A stretch of 62,992 nucleotides of DNA, filler included, from Chiloscyllium plagiosum (lineage: Eukaryota), in the NCBI RefSeq assembly GCF_004010195.1. It is 3 parts of one record of this genome, joined end to end, with 100 filler letters (N's around TTAATTAATTAA, not from the genome) between each part and the next. Parts side by side here need not be neighbours in the genome. Positions count along the whole stretch, not along the records: positions 22,493 to 53,054 come from NC_057710.1; positions 53,155 to 62,992 come from NC_057710.1; 1 more part is not named here. One strand, 5' to 3'. The position numbers and the translations under genes were made by a program. This document shows, piece after piece, positions 48,238-59,442 of the stretch. Below the pieces are notes generated by a model. The model ran no database searches and was not told the DNA's origin. It was given only the letters and a program-made list of their open reading frames with translations. Position 1 is the first letter of the stretch. The number at the start of each line of letters is the position of its first letter.

Positions 48238-48398
48238 CAGGCAGCATCCAAGGAGCAGGAGAGTCGATGTTTCAGGCATAAGCCCTTCATCAGGAATGCC
48301 ATTCCTGATGAAGAGCTTATGCCTGAAACATCGACTGTCCTGCTCCTCAGATGCTGCCTGACCTGATGTGCATTTCCAGCGTCACACCTTTTGTCTCT
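48238..48398. mobile_element. Palindromic PLE pseudo-LTR element with hammerhead motifs on both strands
   Basis: Centre gcc at 48298-48300. Plus strand ATTC-CTGATGA-AGAGC-TTAT-GCCT-GAAAC-ATC-GACT (48301-48336); minus strand ATTC-CTGATGA-AGGGC-TTAT-GCCT-GAAAC-ATC-GACT (48262-48297). Confidence 0.88.
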
Positions 48399-48469
48399 GT
48401 GTTCGAGAACTCTGAAACCCATCCAGCTGCAATGGTCTTCCTACATACCATTGAATGTACAGCTAAAAA

Positions 48470-51460
48470 GGTAACTGGAAATATAGGAAGGGAACAGAAA
48501 ATTTTTAAATCAGTATTGTGCAATTAGACAGTCCTAAAGAATAAAGTTTGCTCTGATGAATAACATTTATAATATCATCGAATTTCAAGTTATGTATAGT
48601 TAAGCGCTTTTAAAGAAAATTAATGACAAAGATATGAGGGCGATTAGCTGAGATGGATTGAAACATTTAATTAAAAGAAATCTTCGTAGATGAGAAATGG
48701 AAAAGATTTTAAAATGATTTATAATTTCAACAAATACATTATTCCGTGAGGAATAAAAATCCCACTATAAACAATGTGACTTGCTGTGACTAAGTAGAAA
48801 TGTTCAGACCAGTATTGGATTTAAAGAAGAATTATTATTATCAAAATTCTGTAACTTTAGAATAATTCTAATAGATTGGACAATAGCAAATCTAACTCTG
48901 CTGTTCTAGAAATGGAGGAAACTGTAAATGTGAAATTAAATGCAGCTTGTTGTCAATTGATGGGCAAACAGTGGAATCTATTATAAATGTCTGGGGACAG
49001 GGTACTTGGAAAAACATTGTGTGATCAGGCAGATGCAATACAGTTTTATAAAGGACAGATTGTGTTTGATAAATTTATTGCACTTTTCAAGGGTATAACT
49101 GGCAAGATAAACAAGAGACAACCAATGGATTCAGTTGACTAAGCTTTTCAGACAGTATTGAAGACTACCACATAAGATGTTGTTACATAAGTTAATAGCT
49201 CATGGAATTAGCCTTATTTATTAGCATGGATTGAAGACAGAAAACAGAAAAAGAATAAATGTGTCAGGATGTAATCAGTGGAGTGATGCAAAGATCAGAG
49301 TCTAGATATCCACTATTTATATATCAGCTGTTAAAAAGAAGCAATGAAGCTGCAAAGTGACCGTTAACTGGTTGGTTAAAAAGTCACCATAACCTTTCTC
49401 ATTAGAAATAATTGATTAGTGCTGGTTTAGCTTGAGGGTCACCAGCCTCAGGCAAGAGGCAAATTCACGAAGGCAGGACCTTCATGACGACCTCAGTTGG
49501 TACTGAGCTAATCAACTCATCCCGAGGAAGAAAGTTGGCTAATAGAATGTAATAAGGGTAAATGTGAAAGTAGCCACCTCAGAAGTAATAAATAAAGAAT
49601 AAGGATCTGAGTATTTTTTTAAATTAGGAAAGATACATATATATATACTTTTTTTCAGAATGATTCAGGGATTATTGCAGACAAATCACAGAAAAGTAAC
49701 ATGTAAACACAAAAAGAAATTAGAAAGGATGAAGTCTCATTGCATGAGTTCTAATATGAGCAAGAAAATGTCCCGCTGATAACTATCTACTGCCTACTCA
49801 ACCGCAACCAAAGGATCAATTTAAACCTTGCCTTCTTCATTGTTTCTTGTACATTAATTTTCTAGGTTTTGCCTATTAGGGAATCTGTATCTCTCTGAAT
49901 ACCAATATCTAATAGTTTTTCACCAATTAAAATGTTTTCCCTTCTTCCAGCCAAAGTGGTTTAATCTATCTATTGACCTCAATGTGTTATCTTATTTAAT
50001 CATGTAAACCAAGGAAATCTTTGAAGCTTTGAACAAATATTTTGTGTCTACCATCACTGAAGAGGACACAAAGAAAACCCAAAGCTTAAAAATTTAAAGG
50101 TAAATGAAAGGAAGGAACTTAAAAAAAACACAGTAAAGGAATACGTATTCTGAAAACTATTTGGGCTTGGATCTTTGACTTAAAACTAAAGCCTTAAAGA
50201 AGAGGCTGCAGATGGAGTAAATGCATGAAGATGATCATCCAAAATTTCCTAGATTCTTGCAACATTGGTAAGTTACCAATATAATGCTCAGATTCAATAA
50301 AGGGACGAGATGCAGAGAAGGGAATTATAGAGCAGTTCACTGAATATTTGTCACAGGGAAAATGGTAGAATGTATTTTCAAGAAGGTAACAGCAGAACAT
50401 TTAGAAAATCATCATAAAATCATGCAGAATCAACATGGAGTTCTGAAAGGGAAATCATGTTTGACGAAAGATTGCAATTGCTCATCCCAGGTTCATGTAT
50501 AGTAGCTGTGAAATGTCTAAAATAAATCAAAATAAAGAGTGATATAAACCTAACACACCTTTAACAAAGAAAATAATGAAAAACATATAGGTTAAAAAAA
50601 TTGTTAGACAAAGTAATTTTTAAATAATTTTTAGAAATTGGCTGTGCATGCACTATCTGAAAAATCAGAGGATAGCATGCACAGTTTGAATCTATCATTG
50701 GATCATAGAAGTAGACATTCCCTTGACAAACTTTTCGAGCTATTTGAAGAAGCATCAAATAAGGAGGATAAAGGGGAAACTGGTGATGTGATGTACTTGG
50801 ATTTCCAAAAGGTATTTGAGATGATGCCACATTAAAGGTTACTACACAAGATAAGAGCTAATGTTACAGAAGATAAAGGTTGGGATCTTTGGTCTCTCAG
50901 GAAATGAACGGAGGTGAGGCACAGGCAGTAAAAATTGGAATTGAAGCACAATATTAGTCATGATCACACTAAATGGTGGAGCAGGATCAGTGGTTATTAT
51001 TTCCACTTCTATTTTTCATCTTGTGTGTGACTTATTCCTATGGTCAGAAGATTGATTAGCTAATAGGGAAGAGGGAGTGGGATAAATAGATCATTTTCAG
51101 ATAAGCAAGCTGTTACCAGTGGAGTACCATAGGGATCAATGCTTTGGTGCATCTATTTAAATCTCTATCAATAACTGCAAGAAAGGACTAAATATCAGTT
51201 GGCTAAATTCACCGATGACACAAGGACGGGATAGTAAATTGTCAAAAGTGCATAAAAGGTCCCTAAATGTATTTTGAAAAGATATGTAAATGTGCAAAAC
51301 ATTTGGCAAATGGCATGTGGGAAAATGTGAATGTGTCCACTTTGGAGAAAGAATGGAAAAGCAGTATGTTATCTGAATGAACCGAGACTGCAGAACTTTA
51401 CAGTACATGGGATCCAAGTGTCCCAACACATGAATCACAACAATGTGGTATGGAAGCAAT
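48470..51460 (+). mobile_element. Cluster of highly decayed CR1 fragments
   Basis: Repeated RT landmarks: aatcaacatggagttctgaaagggaaatcatgtttgac (QHG..KGKSCLT), DVMYLDFQKVF, ccagtggagtaccatagggatca (TSGVPxGS) and AKFTDDTR. Confidence 0.7.
49385..49520 (-). mobile_element. Probable SINE fragment
   Basis: Reverse complement gattagctcagtaccaactgaggtcgtcatgaaggtcctgcc...gcctgaggctggtgaccctcaagctaaacc; GC-richer island with an A-box-like start inside AT-rich CR1. Confidence 0.45.
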
Positions 51461-51464
51461 CAGG

Positions 51465-51760
51465 GAGTAATTAAATCAATAGCCTATGAATTCAGAGTGC
51501 AGGTAAATGTATTGTGGAAATGGGTTTGAATCCCACCATAGTGAAGTTTGAAATAAAAATGCAATTTAAAGCTAGTAAAATGGTAACCATGTGACCATGG
51601 TCGTAAAGACCCACACTGGTCACCAATATTCTTTAGGAGGAGAAGGAGAATCTGCTAGTTTGGCCTGCCTGTGACTCCAGATTCACAACATTGTCATTCA
51701 TTCTTAACTGCCCTCTGAAGGTGCCTAAAATCCATTCAATATATTTAACAGCTACAAACT
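51465..51760 (+). mobile_element. tRNA-derived SINE, same family as 8848-9250, partial
   Basis: gggtttgaatcccacc...aaagacccacactggtcaccaatattctttagg...tggcctgcctgtgactccag...cttaactgccctctgaa. Confidence 0.7.
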
Positions 51761-52548
51761 TTAAAGAAAAAAATGAATGCGGGCAAAACTTCCAGCATCA
51801 GAACATCTAGGCAGTGGAAATGATACGGTTAATGCATCCTTTAGCAGAACTTTCCTGTGACCTCACACTGAAATGGATTGGCCCACAAATTATCCTTCTC
51901 CGGCCATAGCAGCCCAATAAGCAGGTGGCTCACCATGTGCTAATCTCAGCTCGACCTGCAGTTCTTTAAGGAATGTATTGCGTGGTATCTAAACTGATAA
52001 TTACAAATGTTAGGTCAAGTAACAGTTTTTCCGCAATGATGCTGAAGTGTTGCTCCCTCTCTTCCTCATTAGTACGGTTTGATTGGGAATATGGTAAACG
52101 TTAGGCATCCGAAAGCAGGATGAGTGGGAGCAGCGGCCGAGTAAAGGCGAACCCGGGAGACTACAGCTAAGGTAAGACAGTTTGTTTCAAAATTACTTAC
52201 CTGTAGCGGGCAGCGGTGTTTTTTTTTCTCTCTTCACAAAAAGAGCGGGAGCAGCAGAGGAAGTGACGGCAAACAGAGGGGCAGCCGGGAAGGAGAACTG
52301 TGAGTATAAATACTCACCCTTTAATCACCAACGGTCATTTGAGTGGGAGCAGCGGAAGTGAGGTTGGAGCGCATAGCTGGGCGGGAAGGTAAGTGATTAG
52401 TATTTGAGTGGGTGTGTTCTAGACCCCAGGTCCTACTCCCGTAGGGCCTCCCTCCCAACCTCCTCCTCTAACCTAACTTTAAAGTCCACAGGTAAGTGAC
52501 TCGGTGTTATTGACTCAGTGTTCTTGTTTTTGGAGAAAGTGTAGAGTT

Positions 52549-53054
52549 ATGGCAGCGCAGGCGGTGGAATGTTCCTCCTGCAGGATGTTTGAGGTAGGGG
52601 TGACCACCGATACTCCTGCCGACTTCGTCTGCAGGAAATGCAGTCAGATCTTGATCCTCACCGAACGAGTTAGGGAACTGGAACTGGAGTTGGATGAACT
52701 GAGGATTATTCGAGAGGCTGAGAGGGTGATTGATAGAAGCTACAGGGACATAGTTACGCCGGAGAACAGAGGTAGCTGGGTAACAGTTAGAGGTGGGAAG
52801 GGGAAGAAGCAGGCAGTGCAGGGTTCCCCTGTGGTCGTTCCCCTAAAAAATAAGTATACAGCTTTGGAAACTGTTGGGGGGGACAGCGTTGCAGGTGTAA
52901 GCTGCAGTGAAGGGGTCTGTGGCTCTGAGACTCAGAAGGGAAAGGGGGAGAGGAGGAGAGCGCTAGTTATAGGGGACCCTCTAGTTAGAGGGACGGACAG
53001 GCGGTTCTGTGGACATGGGCGAGACTCACAGATGGTTTGTTGCCTCCCGGGTGC
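52549..53054 (+). CDS. CR1 ORF1 N-terminal part (zinc finger, coiled coil, start of SGNH esterase domain), uninterrupted up to the gap
   Basis: MAAQAVECSSCRMFEV...FVCRKCSQ (CxxC...CxxC), LTERVRELELELDEL heptads, ALVIGDPLVRG...MVCCLPG. The GDS serine reads Pro here. Confidence 0.8.
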
Positions 53055-53154
53055 NNNNNNNNNNNNNNNNNNNNNNNNNNNNNNNNNNNNNNNNNNNNTT
53101 AATTAATTAANNNNNNNNNNNNNNNNNNNNNNNNNNNNNNNNNNNNNNNNNNNN
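53055..53154. other. Assembly gap spacer (44 N + TTAATTAATTAA + 44 N)
   Basis: Same 100-bp artificial structure as 22393-22492. Confidence 0.97.
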
Positions 53155-53589
53155 AGTCGTACGAGGATAGTTTGAGAGTTCTCGGCCTTTTCTCGTTGGA
53201 ACGGCGAAGGATGAGGGGTGACTTGATGGAGGTTTATAAGATGATCAGAGGAATAGATAGAGTATACAGTCAGAAACTTTTTCCCCGGGTACAACAGAGT
53301 GTTACAAGGGGACATAAATTTAAGGTGAAGGGTGGAAGGTATAGGGGAGATGTCAGGGGTGGGTTCTTTACCCAGAGAGTGGTGGGGGCATGGAATGCGC
53401 TGCCCGTGGGAGTGGTAGAGTCGGAATCATTGGCGACCTTTAAGCGGCATTTGGATAGGTACATGGATGGGTACTTAATCTAGGTTAGAAGTTCGGCACA
53501 ACATCGTGGGCCGAAGGGCCTGTTCTGTGCTGTATTGTTCTATGTTCTATGTTCTATGTTCTACCTAAAAGAGGGAGTTTGGTGTCAGG

Positions 53590-55160
53590 GAAGGGATGTG
53601 TACAAATCCGTACTCCACAAAGATGGTCTCCAGGCCCTCTGCCTCTTCCTCTGCAACAGACCCTTACAGTCCCCTTCTACAAATACCCTCCTCCACCTTG
53701 CCAAACTGGTCCTCACCCTCAACAACTTTTCCTTTAAATCCTCCCACTTCCTCCAAATCCAGGAGGTGGCAATGGGCACCCAGATGGGCCCCAGCTATGC
53801 CTGCCTCTTTGTTGGCTATGTTGAACAGTCCCTCTTCAGTACCTACACAGGCACTGTACCCCAACTCTTCCGCTGTTACATCAATGACTGATTCTGTGCA
53901 GCGTCCTGTACCCAGGCTAGTGCAGTTCATCAACTTTGCCCACAACTTCGACCCCAGCCTCAAATTTACTTGATCCATCTCGGACACCTCCCTCCCCTTT
54001 CTTGACCTCTCCATTTCCATCTCAGACGATAATCTCCTGACAGACGTTTACTACTTCCATAACTACATAGACTACATCTCCTCCCACACAGTATCCTGCA
54101 AGAACTCCATCCCTTCTCCCAATTTCTCAGCCTCTGCCGCATCTGCTCAGATGAGGAGACATTCCACTCCCAAGCATCCCAGATGCCCACCTATTTCGAT
54201 CACCATGCTTTTCCTTCCTCTGTCATCCAGACAGCCCTCCACTGCACCACCTCCATTCCCCATTCCACTGTTCTGAACCCCCCTGCCAAATGCAATAAAG
54301 GGAGTTCCCCTTGTTCTCACCTACCACCCCAACAGTCTCCGCATCCAATTCATCATCCTTAAACAATTCTGCCAACTCCGAATAGACCCCACCACCAAGA
54401 ATATCTTCCTCTCCCACCCCTCTCTGCCTGCAACAAGGACCATTCCCTTTGACAGTCCTTGGCTTGCGTTACTCTTCCACCAACCCGGTCCAAACCCCCA
54501 GGTATTCCTCTGCAACTGGAAACCTGCTAGTACACCACGACCCCTCACCTCCATCCAGGGCCCCAAACGGTCCTTCCAAGTGAGTTAGAGATTTCCCTGC
54601 CTCTCCTCCAACCTAGTTTACTGCATCAGGTGCTCCCACTGTGGTCTTCTCTACGTCAGGGAGACCAAACGTAAACTTAGGGAACGGTTCTCCGAGCATC
54701 TCAACTGGGCCCGCAGGGACCGCCTGGACCTCCCAGTCACCGCCCATTTTAATTCCCCTTCCCACTCCCTTTCTGCTGTGACCATCCTCGACCACCTCCA
54801 TTGCCAAAACGAACCAAACCGCATATTGGAGGAACAACACCTCATCTTCCGCCTGGGCAGCCTACAGCCCGGAGGACTCAACGTTTGTTCCCATCCCCCA
54901 ACGCCCTTCCAGCCTCTCCCCCTCCCTTCCACTCCTCCCTGCCTCCAAAGGGATTCATTCCTGTCATTGATCAACCAGGTTGTATCCTCTACCTGACTTT
55001 GACTGTCCCCACTTCACCACCCTGCCCCTGTCATCTCTTTTATCTGCAGCTCCTCTTCCACCCTCCCCTAGTCCTGAAGAAGGGTTACACCCAAAGCATT
55101 GACATCTCCACCTTCTGATGCTGCTTGTGTTGTGTTCTTCCATCCTCATGTCTGTCTACA
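53590..55160 (+). mobile_element. Penelope-like element: RT core, GIY-YIG endonuclease, pseudo-LTR; decayed
   Basis: LVLTLNNFSFKSSHFLQIQEVAMGTQMGPSYACLFVGYVEQ...FRCYIND (YIDD motif); PSLKFT; LPFLDLSI; SNLVYCIRCSHCGLLYVRETKRKLRERFSEHL; EEQHLIFRLGSLQPGGLNV; decayed hammerhead GTC-CTGAAGA-AGGGT-TAC-ACCC-AAAGC-ATT-GAC at 55071-55103. Confidence 0.93.
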
Positions 55161-55169
55161 AGGGATGTG

Positions 55170-55900
55170 TGGTGGCATGCAAGAAGTCCGTGGTCACACG
55201 ATTAGTGAGATAACAGAATGGGAATGTGTTGGGATTTGAGAAGGAATATAACTTACTAATATAACATAATCCCTATTAGTTCTCAATGACACCTGAGAGT
55301 TAGCTGGTGGCATGATGTGAAGAAACATCTTCTCCATATAGGTCAGGAGAAGGAGGTATTCTTGCTCCCCACAGGTGTGTCTGGTAGTTATGGGCAGCCT
55401 TGTTGTGCAAGATGAAGAGACTTTGTTACATGGAGTGTCTGGCACAGATGAATAGCTAAAGCTATGTGACATCAGCAGGGGCTGTCTTTGACACTGACAT
55501 CATTGGAATTTGTATGATGGTGAGGTGGAATATCTGGATGTTAGATGTGAACTCTGATTGCTAAGGAGAGTGCTAGCTGAGTGATGTGAGTGTTGATGCA
55601 TGAGCAGCATGAAAAGTTGATGCGATAGTTAACGCGAGATCCTTTGCATGATCTTCTCTACTCACGTGAGTTGATTAAATGGTTTAGTAGTTCATGGAAC
55701 AGACACCTTTCATTGACTTTCCTGGTCACCTGATCCCATTTTCTTTGGAGGATGGCCATTAAAGGCTTCCTGACCACTCATGGCAGCATGACATTGCTTC
55801 TTCTGTCATCTCCTCAGGTGTATATCCCTCACACTAGGTGTGTTTCAATTGTTCCGCTCCAATATGCTAGAACAAGTAGTCAACAGTACCTCCCTTCCCA
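55170..55900 (-). mobile_element. Decayed Myb/SANT-like gene, probably PIF/Harbinger-derived
   Basis: Minus translation RSNVMLP*VVRKPLMAILQRKWDQVTRKVNERCL...FNQLT (about 55800-55664) resembles the Myb/SANT WxxVxxxVN...KFNDL helix pattern. Confidence 0.45.
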
Positions 55901-56789
55901 TGGCTGTATCTCCTCTTTAAGACAATCAAAGTGCTTTTAATAGGAGCAGAGTGGTTGACAACAGTGCTGGCTCAACTTTGACCAGCACAATAATCAGGTA
56001 AATGAGAAGGCAGCTTCGGTCTTACTTTGCTGCCCGCTTCAAATGCAATGCCTGAAGAAGGCAGATTGCAAAATACAAGCCACTTGCTCAAAAATGGGTT
56101 GAATTCAATATTTAGCTCCGATGTATTTTTCATAGTTTATTTTTCTAGTATAGCTTGATATAATCTGAAACTATTTCTGATTTTGTTTTTGGTTTTTAAT
56201 AACATTACTTGGGTAGCTTTTATCAGCAGCTCAACCTCCAGAGTTCTCTTATTTTAATGGACACTTCTGGAAGGGTTCAGTTGGAGTTGCCCACTGAAAT
56301 CTTCAACTTACTTGATAATTCCCTTAGAGTTTACACTGGGGACCCCAAAGGCTCCCAATATACAACTCCCATCTACACAGCAGAAAGAATTATCAGGCCA
56401 TTGGAAAATCTGGACCATTGTGTTGCTTCCCCAGTGCCAGGGTTAAAGACATCTACTCTGCAGAAGTGGCCGTAGAAGAATCATTAAAATTCTCACCAAT
56501 AGTTTTCCTCCCAGCATGTTACTGCCTCAGACCTATCCACATTAATTTAGAACTATTGCCTGTCCTCTCATTCTTCTAATCTCTCAGTTTTGATGAAATC
56601 ATTCAGTATTTTGGATTCTGGAGCTAGAAAAGAATGTGTGAAGGTTTCTGCCTTACTGTGCTTGAGGCATGGATATAGAAAAATATTATGGTAATGTTGG
56701 TTTGGTCTAGCTTCTTAGCTACAGTAATGACTGCTGGAGGTTAAAGAGGAAGGTTAAGGCCACAAAGAAATTCAAACACAAGGATGAGA

Positions 56790-56891
56790 TTTTGGATATA
56801 GGTTTGCTCGTTGAGTTGCAAGGTTCATTTCCAGACATTTCGTTACCCTACTGGGTAATATCTTCAGTGGGCCTCATCTCAAAACTCGCTA
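56790..56891 (-). mobile_element. About 100-bp solo PLE terminus with hammerhead motif and 12-bp TSD
   Basis: Minus strand CCA-CTGAAGA-TA-TTACCC-AGTA-GGGTAA-C-GAAAT-GTC-TGG (56831-56870); acaaggatgaga is duplicated at 56778-56789 and 56892-56903. Confidence 0.8.
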
Positions 56892-57009
56892 ACAAGGATG
56901 AGAATTGTCAGATATTTGGAACATTGGAAGTCAATGATGTTAACAGGTAAAGGAATGATAGTTGTCTAGTCACTGGGGGATGTCATTGGGAGCACAATCT
57001 TTCCCTTGT

Positions 57010-57755
57010 ATTAGTTACACCGGTAGCATGGAAACAGACCAGTCGGTCCAACCAGTCCATGCCAACCATAATCCCAAGCTAAACTAGTCCCAGCTACTTG
57101 CACTTGACCCATATCCCTCCAAGTATTTCTTATTCATGTACTTATCCAAATGTCTTATCAAGATTGTAACTGTACCTGCAACCATCACTTCCTCTGGAAT
57201 TTCATTCCACACACTGTGTAAAAAAGTTTGCCCCCTATGTCCTTTTGAAATCTTTCTCCTCACACATTAAAATATGCCCCATTGCTTTGAAATCCACTAC
57301 CCTAGAGAAAAGGCACCTTCCATTCACCTTATTGATTACCCCACATGATCTTGTAAGGGTCGATATGGTCACCGCTCAACCTCCTATACTCCAGTGAAAA
57401 AAAACAGCCTCTCTTTATAACTCAAACTCTCCATTCCCAGCAACCACCCTGTCCACATGTGATACAAACTTCAAAAAATTATGTACCTGAACCCCTACGT
57501 CTCACTGTTCTATAACACTGCCCAGGATTCTTTTTTAAATGTATAAGTCCTGCCCTTGTAAATTTTATCAAAATGCAATATCTCGCATTTACCCAAATTA
57601 ATTTCCATCTGCCACTCCTGAGCCCATTGACCCAACTGATCAAGATCTTTTTGTAATCTTAGATAATCTTCTTCACTGTCCACAAAACCATCAATTTTGA
57701 TGTTACCTGCAAACTTACTAACCATTCTTTGTATATTCTCATCTAAATCATATAT
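57010..57755 (-). mobile_element. CR1 3' portion
   Basis: MVSKFAGNIKIDGFVDSEEDYLRLQKDLDQLGQWAQEWQMEINLGKCEILHF through to the 3' UTR (ttggaccgactggtctgtttccatgct). Confidence 0.9.
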
Positions 57756-57774
57756 ATATATATATATATATATA
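57751..57774. repeat. (TA)12 microsatellite
   Basis: Direct reading of tatatatata tatatatata tata. Confidence 0.95.
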
Positions 57775-57779
57775 CATCA

Positions 57780-58660
57780 AGTACATTATGAGCAAGAGAG
57801 CAACCAGAGAGGGAGGAGGGATTCTTAAGGATCAAAGAGGTCATCTTTGTGTTGAACCTCAGAAGATTGGAGAGATATAAATTAATATTTCACATCAGCT
57901 TTTTTCTATGGAGGCTGGAGAACTCAGGGAAATAATTATTGATGTTTTGAAAACAGTTTGCATTACAGAAGGGGAAGTGCTAGAGGTCTTTGAACAATAA
58001 AGGTGGATAATTCTCTGGGACTTGACCTAATGCATCCCAGGATGTTGTGGGAAATTAGGGAGGAATTTGCAGGGCCCCTCGCAGAAACATTTGTATCATC
58101 TATAACCACAGGTGAGGTGCCGGATAATTGGAGAGAGCTAAAGTTGTAACTTTGTTTAAGGAGGGATGTAAGGAGAAGCCTGGGAACTTTCGACCTGGAG
58201 TCTATCTTTGGCGGTGGGTAAGCTATTGGAGGTGATTCTGAAAGATAGGATCTAAATGCATTTGGAGAGGCAAGGAATGATAAGGGATAGTCAGCATGAT
58301 TTTGTGAAAGGAATGTTATGTCTCAAAACTTGATTGAGTTTTTTGACTAAGTAACCAGGAAGATTAATGAGGGCAGAAATGGTATTTGTTGTTATTTGGA
58401 CTTCAGTAAAGCCTTTGACAATGTTTCACACAGTGGATTAATTGGTAAATTAGATCGCGTGAGATTCAGGGTGAGCTTGAAAATTGGACACAATATTAGC
58501 TTAACAGCAGGAAACAGAGAGCGGCTTTGGAGGGTTGTTTCTCAGACTGAAGGCCTGATACCAACATTGTTCCATAGTGATCAGTGCTGGGTCCACTTTC
58601 ATTTATCATTAATACAAGATTTAGATGAGTGTATACAAGACATTGTTAGTAAGTTTGTAT
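57780..58660 (+). mobile_element. CR1 RT upstream portion, inverted relative to the adjacent copy
   Basis: IKVDNSLG...MHPRMLWEIREE; GEVPDNWR; SQHDFVKG; LDFSKAFDNVSH; ends DLDECIQDIVSKF. Confidence 0.88.
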
Positions 58661-59442
58661 GGAAGTGCATCAACACAGTTGAGAACCCCAAGCACATGAG
58701 TGTAAAATCTTATGCATTGCATTTTACAATATGATTTTAGTTTAAGGTTGAAATCTATGTCCTTAAACATCTGCACTATTCTTGATGCATTGATGCATGT
58801 TCATGTCGGAATGTGTTTGTATTCTGTTCCATTCTGTATCAATGTAAACGAGGCACTCCATTGGAATTTGTCACAGTTTTATCAATAACATGGGAAATAC
58901 AATGTGATGGATTTCAATAATTGTGTTTATGTTGCTCTTGAGTGGCAGATTTTAAAAGAAGTCCTCCATAGACATGGCTGCCATTTTAAGGATTTCAGCT
59001 GCTTTGTACTGACAGATGGATGCTGATCATATAACCATTCTAGTGCTGTGGGAAGAATTGTATCCCTCAGGACTTTCCAGATGTCACATCAATTTTGTAG
59101 AATAGTTTAATGTTTTGGTTTGAGGAAATTTGTATTTTAATAAGCAAATACTTTATGACCTGTGTGAGGGGATGAAAGAGAATTTTCAATGATGTAGTTC
59201 AATGAATTATGCACTGCTATTCATATTAGTGAAGGTATTATCTTTCCCCACCGATATTTAGTAGTTATCTGAATTGTGTGAAGTGCAGGAAACATTATTT
59301 GGCACTTTCTCAATGCTTTTTCTGATGGCAGTCAGTCACGTTGATGCTCTGCTTATATGACAGAACTTACCATTCTGTTCTCCTTGACAATGTGGCTGCT
59401 GTTATATTTCCAAGACCAAATCACTAACCAGCTTTGTCATAT

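Larger units (their letters stand above)
52090..53563 (+). mobile_element. Young CR1 LINE: 5' UTR and ORF1, assembly gap, 3' end
   Basis: CpG-rich leader; ORF1 open up to the gap; after the gap LGLFSLERRRMRGDLMEVYKMIRGIDRV...FFTQRVVGAWNALP...FKRHLDRYM and a (gttctat)n tail at 53537-53563. The 5' boundary may extend to about 51960. Confidence 0.93.

Noticed and set aside
55071..55103. Functional ribozyme call for decayed hammerhead copies (also 29942 and the plus arm at 30763)
   Set aside because: The core or cleavage-site bases are mutated (AAAGC, GAAAAATT, CAAAAC), so they are recorded only as remnants.
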